DNA from: Bacteroidales bacterium
Lineage (GTDB): Bacteria > Bacteroidota > Bacteroidia > Bacteroidales > Dysgonomonadaceae
DNA length: 64,000 nt
Direction: 5' to 3'
Assembly (NCBI GenBank): GCA_012837345.1
Contig: DURL01000003.1
Coordinates: 2,954-66,953, forward strand
Under the pieces are notes generated by a model. It was not told where the DNA came from, did no database searches, and saw only the letters and a list, made by a program, of their open reading frames with translations. Each line of letters starts with the position of its first letter. The stretch's first letter is position 1. The translations under genes and the position numbers were made by a program. Of this stretch, positions 49,477-61,800 are shown one piece after another.

Positions 49477-49773
49477 ATGGAAATGACAATTCAATCTGTA
49501 AACTTTGACGCCACAGAACAACTGAAATCTTTTGTTGAGAAGAAGGTAAAAAAACTGGAACGTTTTTCCGATGATATCATCCTGGCTGAGGTAATTCTGA
49601 AAGTGGTAAAACCGGAAACAGCCAACAACAAAGAGGCCGCGGTAAAGCTAAACATCAGACACAAAGAGGCGTTCGCCAGCAAGATTGCCAACACTTTCGA
49701 GGAGGCTGTCGATCTTTGTATGGTAGCACTGGAAAAACAGATCCAGAAAACAAAAGAAAAAAAGGATCGGTAA
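49477..49773 (+). CDS. hpf: Ribosome hibernation promoting factor (short HPF/RaiA)
   Basis: IQSVNFDATEQLKSFVEKKV and TFEEAVD. Confidence 0.9.
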   Translation: MEMTIQSVNFDATEQLKSFVEKKVKKLERFSDDIILAEVILKVVKPETANNKEAAVKLNIRHKEAFASKIANTFEEAVDLCMVALEKQIQKTKEKKDR

Positions 49774-49794
49774 TCCAAAAAACCGAATAAATAT

Positions 49795-49825
49795 TTTGGC
49801 ATCAAAAAAAATATCACTACCTTTG
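49795..49825 (+). promoter_or_regulatory. Sigma-A promoter of the tRNA-tuf operon
   Basis: TTTG (49795-49798), 19-nt spacer, TACCTTTG (49818-49825). Confidence 0.8.
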
Positions 49826-49877
49826 CGACCGTTTCTCTCTCAATCTGGGGGAGGAGCGGTTAAAAGTAAGTAAATAA

Positions 49878-49951
49878 GCCTCTTTAGCTCAGTTGGCCAG
49901 AGCACGTGATTTGTAATCTCGGGGTCGTTGGTTCGAATCCGACAAGAGGCT
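49878..49951 (+). tRNA. tRNA-Thr(TGT)
   Basis: GCCTCTT/AAGAGGC acceptor stem, anticodon loop TTTGTAA, GGTTCGAATCC. Confidence 0.93.
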
Positions 49952-49963
49952 CAAAAACATGAA

Positions 49964-50046
49964 GGGCAGTTACCAGAGTGGCCAAATGGGGCTGACTGTA
50001 ACTCAGCTGGCTTACGCCTTCGGTGGTTCGAATCCATCACTGCCCA
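49964..50046 (+). tRNA. tRNA-Tyr(GTA)
   Basis: GGGCAGT/ACTGCCC acceptor stem, loop CTGTAAC, long variable arm. Confidence 0.95.
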
Positions 50047-50053
50047 CGGTTTC

Positions 50054-50126
50054 GATTTGATGATTTGATGATTTGCTGATTCGATCCAATCATCAGCTAG
50101 TTTGCTAATCAACACATCACCGAATC
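50054..50126. repeat. Inverted arrays of GATTTGAT-like octamers in the tRNA-Tyr/tRNA-Gly spacer
   Basis: GATTTGAT GATTTGAT GATTTGCT GATTCGAT, followed by GAT-phased octamers on the opposite strand. Confidence 0.6.
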
Positions 50127-50132
50127 AGTTTT

Positions 50133-50205
50133 GCGGAAGTAGCTCAGTTGATAGAGCATTAGCCTTCCAAGCTGAGGGTCGCGGGTTTGAGTCCCGTCTT
50201 CCGCT
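50133..50205 (+). tRNA. tRNA-Gly(TCC)
   Basis: GCGGAAG/CTTCCGC acceptor stem, loop CTTCCAA; CCA encoded at 50206-50208; A19 and T56 replace G19/C56. Confidence 0.93.
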
Positions 50206-50214
50206 CCAGTTATT

Positions 50215-50286
<72 letters not shown>

Positions 50287-50414
50287 CAACGACAGATCGC
50301 GCAATGCTTCATCAAGACAAAAGGCCGGGTGCCGGGTGTCTTGAGTTTCACTGTTTACAAACGAAAGAATCAGAAATACAATTTTTTATTTTACACTAAT
50401 TAATAGGACATTTT

Positions 50415-51602
<1,188 letters not shown>

Positions 51603-51612
51603 TCTCTCCCTA

Positions 51613-51689
51613 TTCCCCTGAAGGGGAACAGTGGGTGCTTATAGATAATCCTGCTCCAGACAGCCTCCCTTTCACAGGGAGGCTTGGAG
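51613..51689. repeat. Two GC-rich hairpins (REP-like) between tuf and tRNA-Trp
   Basis: TTCCCC-TGAA-GGGGAA and CTCCA-GAC-AGCCTCCCT-N5-AGGGAGGCT-TGGAG. Confidence 0.5.
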
Positions 51690-51700
51690 GGGCAGGGAAT

Positions 51701-51773
51701 ACGGGTCTAGCTCAGTTGGTAGAGCACTGGTCTCCAAAACCAGGTGTCGGGAGTTCGAGTCTCTCGACCCGTG
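51701..51773 (+). tRNA. tRNA-Trp(CCA)
   Basis: ACGGGTC/GACCCGT acceptor stem, loop CTCCAAA, AGTTCGAGTCT. Confidence 0.95.
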
Positions 51774-51792
51774 CACATACGATCCGAATTAA

Positions 51793-51984
51793 ATGAAAAA
51801 AATAGTTGCATATCTCAGGGATGCTTATAACGAATTGGTTTATAAGGTATCCTGGCCATCCAAAGAAGAACTCTCCGGCAGTACGGTAATTGTATTGATT
51901 GCTTCCCTTATCATTGCCCTAATCGTGTTCGGAATGGATTCTTTATTTGAGTGGGTATTAAAACTCCTCTACGGTATTTTGTAA
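51793..51984 (+). CDS. secE: Preprotein translocase SecE
   Basis: ELVYKVSWPS followed by one TM helix; position before nusG. Confidence 0.93.
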   Translation: MKKIVAYLRDAYNELVYKVSWPSKEELSGSTVIVLIASLIIALIVFGMDSLFEWVLKLLYGIL

Positions 51985-52003
51985 TTTCTGAACAAAAGAG
52001 ACT

Positions 52004-52546
52004 ATGACTGAAGAGAGAAAAAAATGGTACGTATTGCGTTCCGTTAGTGGAAAAGAAAACAAAGTCAAAGAGTATCTTGAGTCAGAAATCAAAAAAACCG
52101 ATTTAGGAAAGTACATTTCTCAAGTTCTCATCCCCACGGAAAAGACTTATACGGTCCGGAACGGAAAGAAAGTGATGAAAGAACGCGCTTATCTTCCCGG
52201 TTACGTACTCATTGAGGCTGAACTGACGGGTGAGGTGATTCACGAACTGAAGAATATCAATTACGTGGCTGGCTTTCTGCCCAACACCACTGACCCCCAG
52301 CCTTTGCGGGAGTCGGAAGTGAAACGCATCCTCGGTACGATGGATGAACTGGAAGAGGCCGGTGACGAGATGGATATGAAATACTACGTGGGTGAAAACG
52401 TGAAGGTGATCGGCGGTCCCTTCAGCAGCTTCTCCGGTGTAGTAGAAGAGGTGAACGACGAGAGAAAGAAACTCAAAGTGATGGTGAAGATCTTCGGGAG
52501 GAAACAGCTCCTGGAGCTGAGCTATATGCAAGTAGAGAAGGAATAG
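52004..52546 (+). CDS. nusG: Transcription factor NusG
   Basis: KWYVLR, LPGYVLIE, KOW GENVKVIGGPF and KIFGR. Confidence 0.97.
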   Translation: MTEERKKWYVLRSVSGKENKVKEYLESEIKKTDLGKYISQVLIPTEKTYTVRNGKKVMKERAYLPGYVLIEAELTGEVIHELKNINYVAGFLPNTTDPQPLRESEVKRILGTMDELEEAGDEMDMKYYVGENVKVIGGPFSSFSGVVEEVNDERKKLKVMVKIFGRKQLLELSYMQVEKE

Positions 52547-52621
52547 TCAGCAATTTGGTTACGCAGATTCTGTAAATTCTTCAATGTGTTTCGAAAACCG
52601 TAATTTATTAAAATCAAAAAA

Positions 52622-53071
52622 ATGGCTAAAGAAGTTGCCGGACAACTAAAATTACAAATCAAAGGAGGAGCTGCAAATCCATCTCCCCCGGTAGGACCCG
52701 CATTGGGTTCCAAAGGGATCAACATCATGGAGTTTTGCAAGCAATTCAACGCCAGAACTCAGGACAAAGCCGGTAAAGTGTTGCCAGTGGTAATCACTTA
52801 CTATACCGACAAGTCTTTTGATTTTATTGTTAAAACACCACCGGTTGCGATTCAGTTATTAGAAGCCACGAAGCTAAAGAGCGGTTCGGCAGAACCCAAC
52901 CGTAAGAAGGTTGCCGAGGTCACCTGGGAACAGGTCAAGACCATTGCCGAAGAGAAAATGACCGACTTGAACTGCTTCACGGTTGAATCCGCAATGCACA
53001 TGGTAGCGGGAACGGCTCGAAGCATGGGTATCACAGTGAAAGGGGATTTCCCGGAAATAAATCATAATTAA
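52622..53071 (+). CDS. rplK: 50S ribosomal protein uL11
   Basis: [21 protein letters not shown] and GTARSMGI. Confidence 0.98.
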   Translation: MAKEVAGQLKLQIKGGAANPSPPVGPALGSKGINIMEFCKQFNARTQDKAGKVLPVVITYYTDKSFDFIVKTPPVAIQLLEATKLKSGSAEPNRKKVAEVTWEQVKTIAEEKMTDLNCFTVESAMHMVAGTARSMGITVKGDFPEINHN

Positions 53072-53087
53072 AAACTTCAATTGAGAC

Positions 53088-53786
53088 ATGAGTAAACTGA
53101 CAAAGAATCAAAAGTTGGCTTTGAGCAAGATTGAAGTGGGTAAGACCTATACACTGAAAGAAGCATCGACGCTGGTGAAGGAAATCTCCAACACCAAATT
53201 TGATGCCTCAGTAGATATCGATGTACGCCTCGGCGTAGATCCGCGCAAAGCTAACCAGATGGTAAGGGGCGTTGTCTCATTACCACACGGAACAGGTAAA
53301 CAAGTAAGAGTTCTTGTATTGTGTTCTCCAGATGCTGAGGCCGATGCGAAAGCAGCGGGCGCAGACTATGTGGGACTCGATGAATATATCGACAAGATTA
53401 AAGGAGGATGGACCGATGTGGATGTGATCATCACACAGCCGCAAATCATGGGTAAAATTGGAGCACTGGGTCGTATATTGGGCCCGCGTGGACTGATGCC
53501 AAACCCCAAGAGCGGTACTGTTACCCCCGACGTGGCGAAAGCCGTACAGGAGGTGAAACAGGGGAAAATCGACTTTAAAGTAGACAAAGCCGGTATCATT
53601 CACACCTCGATTGGAAAAGTATCTTTTTCGCCGGAACAAATTCGAGACAACGCAAAAGAATTTATTCAAACGTTGATCAAACTGAAACCGACTGCGGCAA
53701 AAGGCACCTATGTGAAGAGTATTTATCTTTCCAGTACGATGAGTCCAGGAATCAAAGTGGACCCCAAATCGGCAGAAGAAATCTAA
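53088..53786 (+). CDS. rplA: 50S ribosomal protein uL1
   Basis: [35 protein letters not shown] and STMSPG. Confidence 0.98.
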   Translation: MSKLTKNQKLALSKIEVGKTYTLKEASTLVKEISNTKFDASVDIDVRLGVDPRKANQMVRGVVSLPHGTGKQVRVLVLCSPDAEADAKAAGADYVGLDEYIDKIKGGWTDVDVIITQPQIMGKIGALGRILGPRGLMPNPKSGTVTPDVAKAVQEVKQGKIDFKVDKAGIIHTSIGKVSFSPEQIRDNAKEFIQTLIKLKPTAAKGTYVKSIYLSSTMSPGIKVDPKSAEEI

Positions 53787-53804
53787 TGAACGAAACAGAA
53801 ATCT

Positions 53805-54326
53805 ATGAAAAAGGAAGATAAACAACGAGTAATCGCACAGATCGCAGCCAGTCTTCAGGAGTATGAAAACTTTTACCTTGCTGATATTGCCACGCTCAAC
53901 GCGGCAAAAACCAGCAAGCTTAGAAGAGAGTGCTCCAAGGAGGATATCAAGCTGATGGTGGTGAAGAATACCTTGCTACAGAAAGCTTTCGAATCGCTCG
54001 AAGGAAACTATGAAGAGCTGTACCCCATACTTAAGGGCAATACCGCCATCATGTTCTCCAACGCAGCGAATGCTCCTGCAAAACTGATTGACAAGTATAA
54101 AGCCGACAAAGTACCCGCATTCAAGGGAGCCTACGTTCAGGAAAGCTTCTTTGTAGGTGCCGGTGCCCTGAAGGACCTTATCAACATCAAGAGCAAGACA
54201 GAGCTTATTGGCGATGTGATCGCACTGCTGCAGTCACCTGCAAAGAATGTGATCTCAGCACTCCAGTCGGGCGGCACGCTGCTCCACGGGGTACTCAAAA
54301 CATTGTCGGAAAAGGAAGAAGCCTGA
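53805..54326 (+). CDS. rplJ: 50S ribosomal protein uL10
   Basis: VVKNTLL and LLQSPA; operon position. Confidence 0.95.
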   Translation: MKKEDKQRVIAQIAASLQEYENFYLADIATLNAAKTSKLRRECSKEDIKLMVVKNTLLQKAFESLEGNYEELYPILKGNTAIMFSNAANAPAKLIDKYKADKVPAFKGAYVQESFFVGAGALKDLINIKSKTELIGDVIALLQSPAKNVISALQSGGTLLHGVLKTLSEKEEA

Positions 54327-54441
54327 TAACGGCGATCCTTTTCCAGATGACCACTGCCCATGGCAGTACGGAGGAGATCACCTTCCCAAAAAATCAACAT
54401 CAACAAACAGAATTAGTAATCAATTTTAAACAAATACAACA

Positions 54442-54819
54442 ATGGCAGACTTAAAAAAATTTGCTGAAGAATTAGTGAACTTGACCGTAAAAGAGGTGAA
54501 CGAACTGGCTGAAATCCTGAAAACGGAATACGGCATCGAACCGGCTGCTGCCGCTGTAGCTGTTGCTGCAGGTCCCGCTGCCGCAGGCGAAGCCGCAGCA
54601 GAAGAGCAAACCGCTTTCGACGTGATTCTGAAGAGTGCAGGTTCCGCCAAACTGGCTGTAGTGAAGGCAGTGAAAGAACTTACCGGACTCGGCCTGAAAG
54701 AAGCCAAAGACTTAGTGGACGGAGCTCCCAGCGAATTGAAGAAAGGTGTAACAAAAGACGAAGCAGATGCTTTGAAAAAACAACTTGAAGAGGCTGGAGC
54801 AGAAGTTGAGCTTAAATAA
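54442..54819 (+). CDS. rplL: 50S ribosomal protein bL12
   Basis: Ala-rich hinge, [17 protein letters not shown] and [11 protein letters not shown]. Confidence 0.98.
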   Translation: MADLKKFAEELVNLTVKEVNELAEILKTEYGIEPAAAAVAVAAGPAAAGEAAAEEQTAFDVILKSAGSAKLAVVKAVKELTGLGLKEAKDLVDGAPSELKKGVTKDEADALKKQLEEAGAEVELK

Positions 54820-54843
54820 CATTACCCTAAATTAGGTTAATAT

Positions 54844-54880
54844 GGTTAGGAATCTTCTACCGGAAGATTCTTAACCTTTT
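54844..54880 (+). terminator. Terminator/attenuator between rplL and rpoB
   Basis: GGTTAGGAATCTTC / GAAGATTCTTAACC stem followed by TTTT. Confidence 0.8.
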
Positions 54881-54915
54881 GTGTCAATATATATTAGGTT
54901 CAAAAACTCATTTCC

Positions 54916-57900
54916 ATGTCTTCAAATAACGCCAACCCAAGAATCAATTTTGCGTCGATTAAAAATCCGCTTGATTTCCCCGATTTCCTGGAAGTACAGT
55001 TGAAATCATTTCAGGATTTTCTCCAGCTGGACGCACCTCCCGAAAGCAGAAAAAACGAAGGATTGTATAAGGTTTTTACGGAGAACTTCCCCATCGCGGA
55101 CACCCGTAACAATTTTGTCCTTGAGTTTTTAGATTACTACGTAGATCCCCCGCGCTATACCATCGATGAGTGTGTCGACAGAGGGCTCACCTACAGCGTT
55201 CCGCTCAAGGCCAAGCTCTATTTGTACTGCACCGATCCCGACCATGAAGACTTCACCCCGGTGATTCAGGATGTCTACCTGGGTACCATCCCCTATATGA
55301 CCGACAAGGGCACCTTCGTGATCAACGGTGCAGAACGGGTTATCGTATCACAGCTGCACCGTTCACCCGGCGTTTTCTTCGGTCAAAGCATGCATGCCAA
55401 CGGTACTATCCTCTACTCAGCGCGCATCATACCGTTCAAGGGATCATGGATTGAGTTTGCCACTGACATCAACAGTGTGATGTATGCTTACATCGACCGT
55501 AAAAAGAAATTACCCGTCACCACCCTGTTGCGTGCCATAGGATTCGAGAGTGACAAGGATATCCTTGAGATCTTCGACCTGGCAGAAGAGGTAAAGGTGA
55601 ACAAAACCAACCTGAAAAAGGTTGCCGGTCGTAAGCTGGCAGCCCGTGTTCTGAAGTCATGGATGGAAGACTTCGTCGACGAAGATACCGGCGAGGTCAC
55701 CTCCATTGAGCGAAATGAGGTGGTCATTGAACGTGAAACGGTTCTGGAACCGGAACACATGGATGATATCCTCGAATCGGGTGTCTCTTCCATCCTGTTG
55801 CACAAGGAGACCGCCAACACATCGGACTACTCCATCATCTACAACACCCTGCAGAAAGACCCCAGTAACTCTGAGATCGATGCCATCAGGCATATCTACC
55901 GCCAGCTGCGCAGTGCCGAGCCGGCGGATGACTCGAGTGCACGCGAGGTGATCAATAACCTCTTCTTCTCGGAGAAACGTTATGACCTGGGGGATGTGGG
56001 TCGTTACCGTATCAACAAGAAACTGAATCTCAACATTGATGTCGACACCCGTGTACTCACCAAGGAAGACATCATCGAGATCATCAAATACCTGATCGAG
56101 CTGATCAACTCCAAGGCGGTGGTCGATGATATTGACCACCTTAGCAACCGTCGTGTGCGTACCGTGGGGGAACAGCTCTACACCCAGTTTGGTGTAGGTC
56201 TCAACCGTATGGCACGCATCATCCGCGAACGGATGAATGTGCGCGACAACGAGGTGTTCACTCCGATCGACCTGATCAACGCGAAGACCATCTCGTCGGT
56301 GATCAATACCTTCTTCGGCACCAATGCCCTCTCGCAATTCATGGATCAGACCAACCCGCTGGCAGAGATCACCCACAAGCGACGTCTCTCGGCGCTCGGT
56401 CCCGGAGGTCTCTCGCGTGAGCGTGCCGGCTTCGAAGTACGTGACGTGCACTTCACCCATTATGGGCGTCTCTGTCCCATCGAAACACCCGAGGGACCCA
56501 ATATCGGTCTGATCTCCTCACTTTGCGTCTATGCCAAAATCAACGATCTGGGCTTCATTGAAACCCCCTATCGTAAAGTGGAGAATGGCAAAGTGAACAT
56601 TAAAAACGACGAGGTGATCTACCTGGCTGCCGAAGAGGAGGAAAAAAAGCTGATTGCACAGGGCAACGCCCCCCTCGATGAGAAGGGCAAGTTTACCAAT
56701 ACCCGTGTAAAGGCCCGTAAGGATGCCGACTACCCGGTAATCGCACCGGAAGAGGTGGAGCTGATGGATGTATCCCCCATGCAGATCGCCTCCATTGCCG
56801 CCTCACTCATCCCCTTCCTGGAGCACGATGACGCCAACCGTGCGCTGATGGGATCCAACATGATGCGCCAGGCGGTACCGCTCATGCGTACCGAGGCACC
56901 CATCGTGGGTACCGGTATTGAAGGTCAACTGATCCATGACTCGCGCACGCAGATCATGGCAGAAGGTAACGGTGAGATCATCTATGTGGATGCCACCACC
57001 ATCAGAATCAAATATGACCGCAGCGAGGAGGAGGAATTCACCAGCTTCGACGAAGCGGTGAAGAGCTACATAATCCCAAAGTTCCGGAAAACCAACCAGA
57101 ATACAACCATTGACCTGCGACCCATCTGTAAGGTGGGACAGAAGGTGAAAGCAGGCGACATTCTCACTGAAGGATATGCGACTGAAAACGGGGAGCTGGC
57201 CATCGGCAGGAACCTGAAAGTGGCCTTTATGCCCTGGAAAGGATATAACTTTGAAGATGCCATCGTGCTCAACGAACGGATGGTGAAAGACGACGTCTTC
57301 ACCTCAGTACATGTGGAGGAGTTCTCCCTCGAGGTACGCGAGACCAAACGCGGACTGGAAGAACTCACCTCCGACATCCCCAACGTGAGCGAAGAGGCCA
57401 CCAAGGACCTCGATGAGAAAGGGATCGTACGTGTGGGTGCGCGTATCAAGCCGGGTGACATCATGATTGGTAAGATCACACCCAAGGGTGAATCGGATCC
57501 CTCACCTGAAGAGAAGCTGTTGCGCGCCATCTTCGGCGACAAAGCCGGTGATGTGAAAGATGCCTCACTGAAGGCATCCCCCTCGCTGAAGGGTGTGGTG
57601 ATCAGCACCAACCTCTTCTCCAAGGCTTCCAAGAAAGGGAAGACACGGCTTTCCAGCAAAGCCCTCTTGCCCAAGCTCGACGAAGAGTATGAGAACAAAA
57701 TGGAGGAACTGAAGAAGGTCCTGATCGAAAAGCTGTTACAGCTCACCGAAGGCAAATCTTCAGCCGGGGTCAAGGACTATACCAACATGGACATTGTCCC
57801 GAAGGGTGCCAAGTTCACCCACAAGGTGCTGAATGAGATTGATTTCCAGTCGGTACAACTTAACAAGTGGACCGCTGACACCAATAGGAACGAACTGATC

Positions 57901-58728
57901 CGCGCTACGGTGATCAACTACCTGCGCCGCTTCAAGGAGCTCGATGCCGAGCTGAAGCGCAAGCGGTTCGACTTCACCATCGGCGATGAGCTGCCCTCCG
58001 GCATCATGCAGATCGCAAAGGTCTATGTGGCCAAGAAACGGAAGATACAGGTGGGTGACAAGATGGCCGGCCGTCATGGTAACAAAGGTATCGTCTCGCG
58101 TATCGTACGCCAGGAGGATATGCCTTTCCTTGCCGACGGAACACCGGTCGACATCGTGCTCAACCCGCTGGGTGTGCCTTCCCGTATGAACCTGGGACAG
58201 ATCTTTGAGACTGTGCTCGGATGGGCTGGCAAGGAGCTGGGCATCAAGTTCGCAACCCCCATCTTCGACGGGGCATCACTTGATGACCTGAACAAGTGGA
58301 CCGACCAGGCAAAGGTGCCTGCTTATGGTAAATCATACCTTTACGATGGGGGTACCGGTGAGCGCTTCGACCAGCCGGCAACGGTCGGTATCATCTACAT
58401 GCTGAAACTCGGCCACATGGTGGAGGACAAGATGCATGCCCGCTCCATCGGTCCCTACTCGCTCATTACGCAGCAGCCATTGGGCGGTAAAGCCCAGTTT
58501 GGTGGACAGCGTTTCGGTGAGATGGAGGTGTGGGCACTCGAAGCATTTGGTGCCTCCCATATCCTGCAGGAGATCCTCACGGTGAAATCAGACGACGTGG
58601 TAGGACGCTCCAAGGCTTACGAAGCAATCGTGAAAGGGGAGGCGATGCCATCGGCAGGTATTCCTGAATCACTCAACGTGTTGCTGCACGAGCTGAAGGG
58701 TCTGGGTCTGAACATCAGCCTGGATTAA
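54916..58728 (+). CDS. rpoB: RNA polymerase beta subunit
   Basis: [44 protein letters not shown] and [14 protein letters not shown]. Confidence 0.99.
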   Translation: MSSNNANPRINFASIKNPLDFPDFLEVQLKSFQDFLQLDAPPESRKNEGLYKVFTENFPIADTRNNFVLEFLDYYVDPPRYTIDECVDRGLTYSVPLKAKLYLYCTDPDHEDFTPVIQDVYLGTIPYMTDKGTFVINGAERVIVSQLHRSPGVFFGQSMHANGTILYSARIIPFKGSWIEFATDINSVMYAYIDRKKKLPVTTLLRAIGFESDKDILEIFDLAEEVKVNKTNLKKVAGRKLAARVLKSWMEDFVDEDTGEVTSIERNEVVIERETVLEPEHMDDILESGVSSILLHKETANTSDYSIIYNTLQKDPSNSEIDAIRHIYRQLRSAEPADDSSAREVINNLFFSEKRYDLGDVGRYRINKKLNLNIDVDTRVLTKEDIIEIIKYLIELINSKAVVDDIDHLSNRRVRTVGEQLYTQFGVGLNRMARIIRERMNVRDNEVFTPIDLINAKTISSVINTFFGTNALSQFMDQTNPLAEITHKRRLSALGPGGLSRERAGFEVRDVHFTHYGRLCPIETPEGPNIGLISSLCVYAKINDLGFIETPYRKVENGKVNIKNDEVIYLAAEEEEKKLIAQGNAPLDEKGKFTNTRVKARKDADYPVIAPEEVELMDVSPMQIASIAASLIPFLEHDDANRALMGSNMMRQAVPLMRTEAPIVGTGIEGQLIHDSRTQIMAEGNGEIIYVDATTIRIKYDRSEEEEFTSFDEAVKSYIIPKFRKTNQNTTIDLRPICKVGQKVKAGDILTEGYATENGELAIGRNLKVAFMPWKGYNFEDAIVLNERMVKDDVFTSVHVEEFSLEVRETKRGLEELTSDIPNVSEEATKDLDEKGIVRVGARIKPGDIMIGKITPKGESDPSPEEKLLRAIFGDKAGDVKDASLKASPSLKGVVISTNLFSKASKKGKTRLSSKALLPKLDEEYENKMEELKKVLIEKLLQLTEGKSSAGVKDYTNMDIVPKGAKFTHKVLNEIDFQSVQLNKWTADTNRNELIRATVINYLRRFKELDAELKRKRFDFTIGDELPSGIMQIAKVYVAKKRKIQVGDKMAGRHGNKGIVSRIVRQEDMPFLADGTPVDIVLNPLGVPSRMNLGQIFETVLGWAGKELGIKFATPIFDGASLDDLNKWTDQAKVPAYGKSYLYDGGTGERFDQPATVGIIYMLKLGHMVEDKMHARSIGPYSLITQQPLGGKAQFGGQRFGEMEVWALEAFGASHILQEILTVKSDDVVGRSKAYEAIVKGEAMPSAGIPESLNVLLHELKGLGLNISLD

Positions 58729-58833
58729 ATCACTCCCGTACATACCCGGGGGAGCAGCCTCAGGCTGTTCCTGCAAGGGGAAGATCAGGAGATACAAATA
58801 ACATTCCGATAACTCTTTATATACACAAGATAT

Positions 58834-61800
58834 ATGGCATTTAGAAAAGACAACAAGATAAAGAGTAGCTTTTCAAAGATCACGATTGGGCTGGCTTCGC
58901 CGGAACAGATACTGGAAAACTCTTTCGGGGAGGTGCTCAAACCCGAGACCATCAACTACCGAACCTACAAGCCTGAGCGCGACGGTCTGTTCTGTGAACG
59001 GATCTTTGGACCGGTAAAAGACTACGAATGTCATTGCGGCAAGTACAAGCGTATCCGCTATAAGGGCATCGTCTGCGACCGATGCGGTGTGGAGGTCACC
59101 GAGAAGAAAGTGCGCCGCGAGCGTACCGGCCACATCCACCTGGTGGTGCCCGTGGCTCACATCTGGTACTTCCGCTCACTGCCCAATAAAATTGGGTATC
59201 TGTTGGGCATCCCTACCAAGAAGCTCGACTCCATCATCTATTATGAGCGCTATGTGGTGATCCAGGCAGGTGCACTGGAAGAGAAGGTGAGCGAGAGAGA
59301 TCTGCTCACCGAAGAAGAGTACCTCGATCTGCTGGAGACCCTCCCGCGTGAGAACCAGCTGCTGGAAGAGAGTGATCCCAACAAGTTCATCGCCAAGATG
59401 GGTGCCGAGGCTATCCTCGACCTGCTGGAGCGGCTTAACCTCGACAAGCTGGCCAACCAGCTGCGTCACCGCGCCAACACCGACACCTCGCAACAGCGTA
59501 AAAACGAAGCGTTGAAACAACTGCAGGTGGTGGAGGCATTCCGTGGCTCGAAGAATATCAACAAGCCGGAGTGGATGATCATGAAGGTGATCCCGGTGAT
59601 CCCGCCCGATTTGCGGCCGCTGGTGCCGCTCGATGGCGGCCGTTTCGCCACCTCCGACCTGAATGACCTCTACCGCAGGGTGATCATCCGCAACAACCGA
59701 CTGAAACGACTGATTGACATCAAGGCTCCCGATGTGATCCTGCGCAACGAAAAGCGTATGCTCCAGGAGGCTGTGGACTCGCTGTTCGACAACTCCCGCA
59801 AGTCGAGCGCAATCAAAACCGAGTCGAACCGTCCCCTCAAATCACTCTCCGACAGCCTGAAGGGAAAACAGGGCCGCTTCCGTCAGAACCTGCTCGGTAA
59901 GCGTGTCGATTACTCCGCCCGCTCGGTGATCGTGGTGGGTCCGGAGCTCAAGATGCACGAATGCGGTCTGCCCAAGGATATGGCAGCCGAACTCTATAAA
60001 CCGTTTATCATCCGCAAGCTGATTGAAAGAGGCATCGTGAAAACGGTGAAATCGGCCAAGAAGATTGTAGACCGTAAGGAACCGGTGGTGTATGACATCC
60101 TCGAACATGTGATGAAGGGACACCCGGTGATGCTCAACAGAGCCCCTACCCTCCACCGCCTCGGTATCCAGGCGTTCCAGCCTAAACTGATTGAAGGGAA
60201 GGCCATCCAGCTGCACCCGCTTGCCTGTACGGCTTTCAATGCCGACTTCGACGGGGACCAGATGGCTGTCCACCTCCCGCTGGGCAATGAAGCGATCCTG
60301 GAAGCACAGCTGCTGATGCTCGCATCACACAACATCCTCAACCCTGCAAATGGTGCCCCTATCACCGTACCTTCTCAGGACATGGTGCTCGGACTCTATT
60401 ACATCACCAAGATCCGTCCGGGAGCAAAGGGTGAAGGAATGACTTTCTACGGTGAGGAGGAAGCGATCATCGCCTATAACGAGAAAAAGGTGCAATTACA
60501 CGCACTGATCAACGTGATCGTCGATGACATCGACGAGAACGGTGATCCCATACGCAAGATGCACGAGACCACCGTGGGCCGTGTGATCGCCAACGAGGCG
60601 ATCCCGAAAGAGGTGGGGTACATCAATGAGCTGCTCTCAAAGAAATCACTGCGTGACATCATCGGCAAGGTGATCAAGACCTGCGGCGTGGCCCGCACGG
60701 CACAGTACCTCGACGACATCAAGGACCTGGGGTATACTGCTGCCTTCAAGGGAGGCCTCTCCTTCAACCTGGAGGATGTGATCATCCCCGAGGAAAAGGA
60801 GAAGCTGATCCAGGATGGATATGCCGAAGTGGAGGAGATCGTGGAGAACTGGAAGATGGGTTTCATCACCTACAACGAGCGTTACAACCAGATCATTGAC
60901 ACCTGGACCCACATCAACTCCAAGCTCTCCAACATCCTGATGAAGCAGCTGGCAGAAGATGACCAGGGATTTAACTCGGTATACATGATGCTCGATTCAG
61001 GAGCCCGTGGATCACGTGAACAGATCCGTCAGCTCTCCGGTATGCGTGGACTGATGGCCAAGCCGCAGAAGAGTGGTGCCGAAGGAGCGCAGATCATCGA
61101 GAACCCGATTCTTGCCAACTTCAAGGAGGGCCTCTCGGTACTCGAGTACTTCATCTCCACCCATGGTGCCCGTAAGGGTCTGGCCGATACCGCCCTCAAG
61201 ACCGCCGATGCCGGGTACCTCACCCGTCGTCTGGTCGATGTATCACAGGATGTGATCATCAACGAGGAGGACTGCGGTACGCTCCGTGGTCTGGCAGCCA
61301 CCGCCATCAAGAACAATGACGAGGTGATCGCCTCTCTCTACGAGCGCATCCTGGGCCGCGTGTCGGTACACGACGTGCAACACCCCAACACCGGTGAGGT
61401 ATTGGTGAATGCGGGTGATGAGATCACCGAGGATATCGCCAGGAAAATTGACGAGTCACCCATCGAACGGGTCGAGATCCGTTCCGTACTCACCTGTGAG
61501 TCACACCAGGGTGTATGTGCCAAGTGCTATGGCCGCAACCTGGCCACCGGCCGGATGGTACAGAAGGGCGAAGCAGTGGGTGTCATCGCCGCCCAATCCA
61601 TCGGTGAGCCGGGTACACAGCTCACACTGCGTACCTTCCACGTGGGAGGTATCGCCTCCAACATCGCAACAGAGAACAGTATCGTCACCAAGTACGATGG
61701 TATTCTGGAGTTCGACGAGCTCCGCTTCGTGGAGAGCACCGACACTGAAGGCAAGAGCTACAAGGTGGTGGTGAGCCGTCTGGTTGATATGCGTATCGTG

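Noticed and set aside
56320-56460. Ala at the position equivalent to E. coli RpoB S522, in the rifampicin-binding region
   Set aside because: Key Q, D, H, R and S residues (SQFMDQ, HKRRLS) are intact, and PLAEITH is a common natural variant.
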